Positions 54,108-63,550 of a DNA stretch of 64,000 nucleotides are shown in pieces. Each line of letters begins with the position of its first letter. The stretch's first letter is position 1. The notes beneath the pieces were generated by a model. It was not told the origin of the DNA. It ran no database searches and saw only the letters and a list, made by a program, of their open reading frames with translations. Source of the stretch: Squalus acanthias (taxonomy: Eukaryota); NCBI GenBank assembly GCA_030390025.1, contig JASTWF010000033.1, positions 5,706,001 through 5,770,000 of the forward strand, in the 5' to 3' direction. Both the position numbers and the translations under genes were made by a program.

Positions 54108-54494
54108 ATATTTTAAATTACCACCCATAAATTAGAAAGCTCAGAACGTACTGTGAGATCTGGTAAGGCTGTGATTAAAAGGACCAAAAGTTTTAAAAAA
54201 AGACAGACTCGAGGAAGTGGTGCAGTCTGATAAGCATGGAAGGCGGCAAAATCCTCCAAGTAAAATTGGATCCTTGAGAGTCACGGGGTGATCGACACAG
54301 ACAAGGGTGTTGAAATATCTCAAACACCTAGCCTGAGCCCGGATTAATAGGACGTAGTCCCACGTGACGGCCAGGATCAAGTAGATGTAGGGAACTAATA
54401 ACACCACAGGATCGTGACCCCGTGACTAAGTGTGTGTGGGTGAATGATAAAGTAACATAAGAACCACTGAGAAGTAAGTCAGAAGTTATATAGA

Positions 54495-54878
54495 ATGCCT
54501 AAAAAGGATGTAGAAATAAAGGAGGAGGGACCGTCCCCTTGGGGAGATCCCAACTCCGTCACTCGCTATTTAGTGGACAAAAATCAGAAACTCATTGAAA
54601 CTATGAAAAAGAAATGGCGGGATCCCGAGGGCAGCGCAGAGAGCCAAAGGGCTTGGTGGAGGGGACAAACCAAAGATAAAGAAGGAAAAAGATCTAATTT
54701 GCAGGCTAACCAATCTGAAAACTCAGCAAAGGAAGAAAAAAAAAGAGATTTGGAAAGCCAGGAAAAGCTGCTGAGACAATCATGTAAAAAGGAAAAAAAC
54801 AAAGTGAAATTTAAAGTTTTACCGACATGGAAGTTATTAATGTCTGTGCCGAGACAAATAAAACACAAGATTTGCTGA
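54495..54878 (+). pseudogene. Short ORF in the gag position (possible matrix-like N-terminal remnant)
   Basis: First ATG ORF after the leader, purine-rich like the other ERV ORFs; no capsid or zinc-knuckle motif seen. Confidence 0.4.
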
Positions 54879-55697
54879 GTGAAAGGAATCTTAAAAGGAA
54901 TGCTGGGATCTCAGTTTGTGTGAAATTGTGATATAAAAGTGAGAAAGTTTCCTGACTGTGACTGTTTAAGGAGTTACAGTATTGCTTTTGTCTGAAAGTC
55001 TCTCTTTAAAAAAGTATCCGTCATTTTTGTTTTAGCTCCACCCACTCTTTTGTACAGAGAGCGAAAAGCTGTTTAACCCTTTGAAGACTTGTCTTCAATG
55101 ATAGTCAAGCGTGTGTTGTTTTAAGTTTGTTAATTGCTTTACAAAAGATAAGCTTCAGCCTTGAAGTCACAGTTGCCAACGTGACTGGAAGAAAATGAAT
55201 TTGAATATTTACAAGGCATGGGTAATTGTTTCTTTGTTAATATGGTTTCTTTCTTTTCCAAGTGATACTGGTTAGTTTAAAAAAAAATGATCTGGATTGA
55301 ATTGGAGTTATTGAGGTTAATTAACCTATTAAAACCAGACTTTTGTTGTGGCTACGGTGAAATTGTGGTTGGTGTAAATTTGTGTAGACCGCATCGAATA
55401 AGATTGTGCACCTAGAATTGAAACAAAATTTCAAACTGCAATCTAAGTAAAGCTGGTGTGTAAAAACTGAGAAGAAAAACAAAAAGTTTGTTTAACAAAA
55501 GATTAAGTTTCAGTCTAAGATTTAACCTTGGAGTGGCAGCTGCTATGGTGAAATCCTCCAAAGCAATTTGATTAAAGGTGAAAAACTAATTTTTCTCCAG
55601 TTGTAAGCAACAACTTTAGTATTGCTGAATGAAATTTAAAGATATTGGACATTAGTAAATTTAAGTGTCTTCATTTTAAGTTAATATTTCCCCACAG

Positions 55698-56430
55698 TGA
55701 CGGAAGGAAAATTAAGATTCGATAAATTAACCCCTTGGGCTCTTAAACAGAACGATATCAGATAGATGGAAAGCAAAGTGGGAAGCAATCCTCCTACCAA
55801 GAGATAGATCAGTATAAATAGAAAAACATACAGGAATAAACCCAGCATCCGGAATATTAACAGAAGGGTATGAGCATAGTTGCCAAGTAAAAATAGAGGA
55901 AGAAGTAAGTAGTGGGGTAAAAGAGAACCCCCTCGAGAACCCGGATGAAGTATTATACGTGGATGGATGAAGAAAATACATAAATGGGAAACTTGGAACA
56001 GGATGGGCCGTAGTAAATGAGGAGGGGGAAACCTTAATGACTGGAGCACTACAGGGGGATAAATCAGCACAGGTGGCTGAATTGGTGGCCCTGATCAAAG
56101 CATTAGAATCAGCAAAGGACAAAAAGTGAACATATACACGTTCAGTTGATACGCATTTGGGGTGGTTCATGATTATATGGCTTCGTGGGCTCGAAGGGAA
56201 TATGTAACCTCAACCGGAGAGGTAGTAAAACATGGAAAACTAATAGAAAGGCTAGTGAAGGCAGCGCAGGCACCCCTGGAGGCAGCCGTAATAAAAGTTA
56301 AAGCTCTTACTAAGATAGGGGAAGGCTCAAGGGAAGCTCGAGATCTGCCCCTGCTAGGAAACCGATCTGCTGACACAGCAGCGAAAAGGGCCGCAGAGGA
56401 CCTAAGGCCAGAACCAGCCTTTAGGACCGA
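55698..56430 (+). pseudogene. pol: pol fragment: end of tether/connection + RNase H
   Basis: KWEAILL..NPAS..EHSC; VLYVDG*; GWAVV; SAQVAELVALIKAL; VNIYT.S.YAFGVVH; IKVKA; GNRSADTAAK; two stops and a frameshift. Confidence 0.88.
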
Positions 56431-57290
56431 AGTAAACATGGTAATGGCCACTAGCGGAATAAAGGAGGTAAACGTAGCTGAGGTCCAACAGGACGTTAGC
56501 ACAGAGGAAAAAGAAAGATGGAAGCAGGCGGGGGCACAAAAGCAGGATGAGATATGGAAATGGGGACCACGGAATCAGGTAGTAGCACCCGAGTGCTGCA
56601 GGCAACAACTGCTGACACTATATCACGGGATAACCCACACTGGAGGAATAACATGCTACACCTACTATCCCAATACTGGTGGTGGCCCGGAAAGGGAAGG
56701 GATGTGGCAAAGCATTGCCAGAAATGTATAATATGTGTTGAAATAATGTGGGACGAGGCTGTAAGGTAACGATGGGAAACCAACCGAGACCACAGGGGCC
56801 CTGGGAAAACTTACAAATCGACTTTACCGGACCACTAGCCCAGGACAGAGGAAAGAAGTACTGCCTGGTAATAATTGACCAATTTACCAGATGGGTGGAA
56901 GCCTTTGCCACCCGAGACTGCTCATCAAGGAGAGTAGCACAAATACTGGCCAGTGAAGTAATACCCAGATGGGGAGTCCCACTCCAAATTGACTCTGATA
57001 ATGGTACGCATTTTACTGGGAAAATAATGAAGGAAACTTGTAAGTTGCTAGGGATAACCCAGAAGTATCACATCCCGTACCACCCGCAGAGCTCCGGAAT
57101 GTTGGAAAGAATGAATAGAACCTTAAAAACCACCCTGGCAAAGGCAATACAGGAAACCGGAAAAGGGTGGTCAGAATTAACCCCCAGTATACTATTGAGA
57201 TTAAGAGCAACCCGGGACGAGTAACCAGAATAACAGCCTATGAATCAATGACAGGCAGAGCAATGAGGCTACCAGAAGACCTACTAGGCA
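56431..57290 (+). pseudogene. pol: Integrase copy 1 (N-terminal extension, HHCC, DDE core; no C-terminal domain)
   Basis: YHGITH..WWWP..HCQKCIIC; PWENLQIDFTGPL; IIDQFTRWVEAF; IDSDNGTHF; HIPYHPQSSGMLERMNRTLK; small frameshifts. Confidence 0.92.
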
Positions 57291-57319
57291 GTAAACAAGG
57301 TCGAAACAGAACCAGAAAC

Positions 57320-58512
57320 GCAGATAGACATAGCTGCTATTACTGCCCTGCCAGAGAATATAGACATATCCAAATTACATAAGGAATTATCCCAAGAGGA
57401 GAAGCAGCTATGGGAACGAAGAGGTGCAAGAGAAAGGGCGGGGGGAATATGGAGAAAAGAGCAGCAAATATGTACACCAAGCTGTATACAACAAGAATTA
57501 ATTAAATTGTACCATGGTAGACAACACGCAGGTATATCCAATATGTTAAACAACCTCCAGCGATGCTGGTGGAGGCCCGGAATGAAACAAGCTGTGGACA
57601 GATTCTGTAGACACTGCCCCATATGTGCACAGTATAACATAGGGAAACCTGTCAAGGTAAAGTGGGGACATCAGCCGAGACCAAGAGGCCCATGGGAACA
57701 GTTGCAGATAGACTTCACTGGACCCTTACCAGAAGCAAAAGGAAAAACATCTTGTTTGGTAATAATAGATCCATTTACTAGATGGGTTGAAGCATATGCC
57801 ACTAGAGATTGTACAGCTACAACAGTGGCACAAATAATGGCAGAGGAAGTAGTACCACGATGGGGAGTCCTGGTACAAATTGATTCAGACCAGGGAACGC
57901 ATTTTACGGGAAAGGTCATAAAAGAGACATGTGCCTTATTAGGTATCAGAAAGAGGTTCCACATACCATACCACCCTCAGAGTTCAGGGATGATAGAAAG
58001 GATGAACCGGACATTGAAATTATCCTCAGCTAAGGCAATAGAAGACACAGGAAAAGGATGGGCAGAATTACTTCCAAGTATACTAATGAGACTTAGGGCA
58101 ACTCCGAATAAAACTACGGGGTTGACACCATTTGAACTGACGAGCAATGATACTGCCAGAAGGGGTCGTTACCGGAAGAGAGGATGTAGGGCCCCTGGAA
58201 GACAGAATCAGGAGATTTATTAAACAATTGTGTACGCAATTACACACTCTCAGACATGACGCCAAAGACCAACAGATTATACGGGATCTAGAACAGGATA
58301 CACGGGACGATCAGAAGGAGGTCCCAGCAATAGGTAGCAAGGTAATGGCAAAGATAATACCAACCAAACCAGAGCTAGCACCCAGATGGTCGGGACCTTA
58401 CGAAGTATTAATGAACAGTTAAACATGCGCTTGTATAGATGAGTCCGGAACGGGTAAAGGATGGTGGAAACACTGGACTCAGTTAAAGGTATATAACAAG
58501 ACTAATGAGTAG
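57320..58512 (+). pseudogene. pol: Integrase copy 2 (N-terminal extension, HHCC, DDE core, GPY C-terminal domain)
   Basis: YHGRQH..WWRP..CRHCPIC; PWEQLQIDFTGPL; IDSDQGTHF; HIPYHPQSSGMIERMNRTLK; after a frameshift LAPRWSGPYEVL...WWKHWTQLK; TAG at 58510-58512. Confidence 0.93.
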
Positions 58513-58702
58513 ACCAGAGCTAGCGCCTTTTGACGAGAGTGAGGAGTATGTGCGAAAGTATGAAAAATGGAAGGACGATGCTATACATATAGTAATACTA
58601 GGGCTGTGTGTGATGTTAATATTATATGTCGTGATATGTATCTTCAAGTATATCTGGAAACAGCCACAGACCAAGAAACGAACAATTTGTACAACATCTT
58701 GA
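58505..58702 (+). CDS. Small single-pass membrane ORF between pol and env (putative accessory protein)
   Basis: ATG-initiated 65 aa with hydrophobic AIHIVILGLCVMLILYVVICIF followed by basic KYIWKQPQTKKR. Confidence 0.5.
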   Translation: MSRPELAPFDESEEYVRKYEKWKDDAIHIVILGLCVMLILYVVICIFKYIWKQPQTKKRTICTTS

Positions 58703-58755
58703 ACTGGTAGAACAAATAAGAATAGAATAATCCTAATCGGCTGGTGACAACGGGC

Positions 58756-58775
58756 CCCTTTGTCTATTTTTACAG
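58756..58775 (+). promoter_or_regulatory. Candidate env splice acceptor (CCCTTTGTCTATTTTTACAG|G) with upstream CTAAT branch-like site
   Basis: Pyrimidine tract + CAG in an otherwise purine-rich strand, directly before the env signal peptide. Confidence 0.65.
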
Positions 58776-58784
58776 GAACGATAA

Positions 58785-60849
58785 ACTTGTAAGAAGAGGT
58801 TGTGGAGCATCGTTTGCGCCCTCATCGGGATTTTATAGCTAAGTATAAGCGCTGAGTCTAGTGGGAGGCACAAGCAACTCGGGATTTTATGGTTAAGTAT
58901 ACGGCCCGAGTCTGTTGGGAATAAAGAGGGAGGGAGGCGCTGTCCAGCAGGATTTTCAGTATGTAGTAATGAAATCTGTACATACAATGAGAGTGGTAGG
59001 AGGACCAGATACGGGAACGGAGGATACGGGATACCACCGGAGTGTGTGGTTAAGATGATCCCCGGACAATGGGGCTCGTGTTTAAACGGCACCTTCTGTT
59101 TGAAATACATAACAAGTACAACAACGATGACGCCCTCCCCGATAACTACAACAACCATCCCGCCACCTCTCACATCCACAACCCCAATAACTTTCCCGTC
59201 AATGGAAAAAGGAGCTAGAGGGGTTTTAGTAATAAGAAAAACACAACATGAGGTGTATTTTAGTGTGACACATAGAGTTATTAAACTTGCTATCAATATG
59301 AGTACTTTTACTATGCCTGTGATGTGTAACAATCATACAAGACAATTATGGGACTCCCTGTGGGTAAAACAATTAGAGGGCCCACAGAGAAAATCTATCT
59401 TACAAAAACGTAAGAAACGGGGAATATTGGAAATGGTCGGAGCAGGGTATGCGGCCGGGTTAGCAACAGTTAATAGTTTGGATATAGAAGGATTAATGAA
59501 GGAGTAGAAGAACTAGAAGCAAAAATAGAGAAGTTACTAAAACAAGCCACTGGAAATAGCCAGCAAATGGCACTGGCGGGAAAACAAACGACAACACAAT
59601 TGTTAGGGGTGGAAGAGATAGTAGCCCCCCATGTAAAAACAATTAATACAATTATTGATCAGATCAGCAATGCATCACGCCAAACCCATAAGGAATTGGT
59701 ATGTGCCATGTATGGTTCATGGCTATTGTTTAATGCTCAGCATAACCCGCAGCAAATAAATAGTGGACAGATCCCTGATTGGATTACTAATAAGGACCTG
59801 GAACCTTGGATTGACACAAATAAAAGCTTATGCAAAGGGTGTAAAATGGGACAAATATACAGGGCAGGGAATTGCCTGACCCCATGGACTAAGGTAATTG
59901 GCTTTGTACTGGCCATCCCACAACTCCCTGAAGAAGGACAGGCCCTATATAATGTGAGTAATATAGGGGAGGTACAAAGGGAGAGTTGGATTAAATATTA
60001 TGATGTCCCCACAAAGGCAATTTGGGAAAGGAGTAAAGATAATAATCAGAAGAATGGAACCTTAAGTGGGGTGGTGATGGACGGGTGCCACCACAAGGGA
60101 AGGACATGGGTGTGCACGCACCCCCCCCCCCACCGAGGGAGACAGCCAAGTGCTGATTTACAAAAACCATCAATTGCACCCTTGAGATACACCCAAGGGT
60201 GATACACCGAACAAGGGTAGCACCAGAGAACAACGGGACATTTTGTGTCACCACAGCTGAACAGAAATATGAGTATCAAGATCTGACTTGTCCCATTCCC
60301 CAGCCAAACTTTTGTTTCTACCCAAAAATACCTACACAGATAGGACACCAGTATATACACCCACCAAGACCACAAGAGGAGAAAACCTGGTCACTCAATA
60401 ATATGGAACTTAATAGAATGATTGCAACTTATGTCACACCAGAGACCAAGGCAATTCCCAAGTTAGAGGAAGAAAAAGCTTGGAAGAAATTACAGCAGGA
60501 AACGAAGGACATTTTAAAGCATTATCATAAAATAGAAGAAGATTTAAAAGAAAAACTTAAAGACATTAGTAAAACCTTAGCAGAAACTCCTTGGTACAAT
60601 AAGATCTGGAACTGGGGACGAAATGTGAATATACATACATGGATCAGGATCATGTCGCATGTGTTAGTTGTAGTTCAATTATTACTATCCTTATACATTC
60701 TGAGTGATTGTTGCAGGAGATATCGCAGACAGAGAATGAAAACCCTAGCCAAACGAGTGAAGAAGGAGGAAGAGAAAGAAGAACTGTTGCTAACCACTAA
60801 CAAACAAGGGGTAGGGCGTGAGAAGAATTATTATGAAAACTGTGTTTAG
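58785..60849 (+). pseudogene. env: env glycoprotein, spuma/F-protein-like organisation; stops and frameshifts at ~58838, ~59500, ~60125-60155
   Basis: Signal peptide KKRLWSIVCALIGIL*LSISA; Cys-rich domain; Thr/Pro stalk; furin RKKR|GILEMVGAGYAAGLATV; heptad region; TM IMSHVLVVVQLLLSLYIL; CC and basic tail. Confidence 0.88.
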
Positions 60850-60970
60850 GATTGTGCAAATATGAGTACTAGACACCCTGGGTTGGTACCACCAGGGCGA
60901 CGGGAACTCATAACAAACAATCTTAAACTGTAGTATATTGGCCATATTGGGTCAAGATGACCAATGGGCC

Positions 60971-60982
60971 AAAAAGGGGGAA
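60971..60982 (+). promoter_or_regulatory. Polypurine tract AAAAAGGGGGAA
   Basis: Directly abuts the TG start of the 3' LTR. Confidence 0.9.
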
Positions 60983-61121
60983 TGCAGTAACCAAAATTAA
61001 TATCATACTTTAGGTTAATGTTAGAATATGTATAACGTAGCATTAATGTACAGGGTGGATGGTGGCAAATTTTAACCATGCCCTGAGTTAAACGGTAGAC
61101 AGGTCTGTATTCATTAGACAA

Positions 61122-61559
61122 TCCCTTCGGGATACACGACAGCGCAAAATCATAGAGCAGAAACTGATAGCCAAGTCCCGCACTCATGAGGATGGCCTCA
61201 ATCGCGATATCGGGTTCATGTCACGATACAGAACGTGACTTGACATCATGGCCGGTCTTTCCAGGTGTTTTTTTTAAAAAAAGACTAACATAAGAACCAA
61301 CACAAATTGACAGGCTTTGCAGCCAGCAGGTGTTTTGACACGTTGGACCCCCTGGGACACATCTCATTGTCTTGGCTGTGCTCTTAGTGTGTCTTTGATG
61401 TAGGGAAAGATTTGAATAGATTTTTTCTGTGTTTATATTGTAAATTCTGGGAGATTCTCTCACTGCTACTCTACCTGAGGAAGGAGCGAACAGCTCCGAA
61501 AGCTTGTAAAATTAAATAAATCTGTTGGACTATAACCTGGTGTTGTGCGACTTCTCATT
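61122..61559 (+). mobile_element. 5'-truncated Penelope-like element (second family) inserted in U3 of the 3' LTR, 12-bp TSD TTCATTAGACAA
   Basis: Absent from the 5' LTR; TSD at 61110-61121 and 61560-61571; encodes GIY-YIG C-terminus LRDTRQRKIIEQKLIAKSRTHEDGLNRDIGFMSRY; hammerhead motif + AATAAA near its end. Confidence 0.9.
61472..61508 (+). ncRNA. Minimal hammerhead ribozyme motif
   Basis: TAC-CTGAGGA-A-GGAGC(GAACA)GCTCC-GAAA-GCTT-GTA: core, perfect 5-bp stem II, palindromic AAGCTT stem III, 3-bp stem I. Confidence 0.78.
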
Positions 61560-63302
61560 TTCATTAGACAAGACTGCAGATGGTGGGAAATTAAACTGCA
61601 GGTCAGCCAGCAGAGTATGACTCGTGGGAAAATTAGGGAGGATACCTACTCAGCAAGGCAGGATAACACGCATACAAGATAACATACATAAGGATTGAGT
61701 GACGATGTGGCCCGAGGTGGCCTTCGCTTGTTTGTGAAGCTACAACATGGCTGACCAGAAGACAAAATGGCTTACATCGAAGTCAAGTTGAACTAATTAT
61801 ACTATGCTTGCTTTGCAAAAGTACATGAGCAGGTCACAAGGTCAGAATCTGTGCTTTGAAGAGATTGTGACTCTCAGACTACACGAATAGATAAGAAAGA
61901 AGGCCACGATGATAGAGGGGTTGGGATAAGTCAATTAAGCAAAAACATGATTGACTGCAGAATGTGGGAAGAAAGCGTAAAAATGTCACGCGGTAGAAGT
62001 AATGGATATAATGGAATACTAGACACCATGATGGATAAATTTGTACCCGCCCCTAGGGCAGGATGAGACTGATAAGATTATGTATAAAAATGTAATTTAC
62101 TAAGCTGTCGTTGGAGTCGGATCCAAGAGCGGTCTTGGAAGGTTCTCCCCAGGCCTGTGAATAAAGATCGTTTTGAACCATCACTCGAAGTCTGTCATCT
62201 GTACTGAAGCTAAGCGTCGACCTTGTATATCACTTGGTCCGCTGATTGCTTACATCAATTGTCTAACTATCTGTAGAAAGTATATTCTTTACTGAAGCTA
62301 AGCGTCGACCTTGTATATCACTTGGTCCGCTGATTGCTTACATCACCCACGCACATACAGACACACTCACACAGACTCTGCAATTTGCAGAAACTAACAC
62401 ACACACATTTATTTTAAAAGATTTGCAGCCTGGGACTGTGAATTTCTGATGATGTCCCTTCTTGGTTGTCCGGCCATGTTTGATGAGGACAATCAAACCG
62501 GAAGAAGTGAACCGAGGCCCCAGATATCCAGGTCCCCGAGAGGAAATGAAGCCTGGGAGGTAGAAAAGAAGTAAATACAATCAGGAATACATAAAAATAT
62601 ATATACTTTACTTTTGTTAACTAAATGTCTGCCTGTGTGTGGTTTGCCAGGAGTGTAATAAAATGAATGGAAAGATCCCACAGCAGTTTTTGCTCTGAAA
62701 ACATCCCAAGCACATTCCCCAATAAAGCCCAGTCCAGAAAGAAATCAAATGGATTATTGTGAAAATAATTTTAAAAATATAATATAGATATATATTTTTA
62801 AAAGATCTCGTCTTGTTTGGGTTGGGCTGAAGGTGAGAGTAAGATCCCAAAACAGGAAATGCCATGAAACAATCCACAAACATTCCCCTATAAAGTCCAG
62901 ACCAGAAAAATATCAAATGGCTTAATGTATATATGTAGCCTTGCTTTTTACAAAATTCTTGAAAGAAAGGCAAAGTAAGATCCCAAAGCAGTGCAGTCTG
63001 GAATGAAATCAGTTTGATCTAATCAGTTTTTTTCAGACATGAGATGTAATGCAAACGGCAGATAACTTGAACACAGACAAGCCCTGCATACACAGCTTTT
63101 GCTGTCTGTCTCTCTCTCTCACAAACACACACACACAAGCCAGCCTGCAAAATTGCCACAAATCACTGTCAGCAATGAAAGAAAGTTGCTTTCTATCATT
63201 GCTCTGCTCAGTTTGGCAGTTTAAAAGCAAACAGACAGTTTTCAGTATTTTATCTTTTCAGTTTGCGGCCTACAGAAACAGGCTTTCTATTGTACCTCTA
63301 AA

Positions 63303-63550
63303 GCAAATGCTGTGGATGTGGAAATCTGAAATAAAATCAGAAAATGCTGGAAATACTCAGCAGGTAAGGCAGCATCTGTGGAGAGAGAGAAACAGAGTTA
63401 ATGTTTCAGCTCGATTACCTTTTGTCAGATTCTGGCAAGGTTCTGACGAAAGGTCATCGAGCTAAAACATTTACTCTGTTTCTCTGTATCTCCACTGATG
63501 CTGCCTAACATACTGAGTATTCCCAGCATTTTCTGTTTTCATTTCTATTC
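63303..63550. mobile_element. Head-to-head inverted pair of Penelope 3'-end sequences with degenerate hammerhead cores
   Basis: 63303-63430 (minus) and 63441-63550 (plus) both match 12519-12640; cores CTGACAAAAGGTAATCGAGCTGAAAC and CTGACGAAAGGTCATCGAGCTAAAAC. Confidence 0.85.

Larger units (their letters stand above)
53221..62257 (+). mobile_element. Endogenous retrovirus (spuma/class III/snakehead-like affinity), defective: LTR-PBS-short gag-like ORF-RNase H-IN1-IN2-small ORF-env-PPT-LTR
   Basis: Two TG...CA LTRs, PBS, PPT, retroviral RNase H and integrase motifs, env with furin site and TM. Confidence 0.93.
60983..62257 (+). repeat. 3' LTR (interrupted by a Penelope insertion); TATAAA 62083-62088, AATAAA 62160-62165
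   Basis: Direct repeat of 53221-54039. Confidence 0.93.

Noticed and set aside
58733..59332. 199-aa antisense ORF over env
   Set aside because: Mirror of the Thr/Pro-rich env stalk; no independent support
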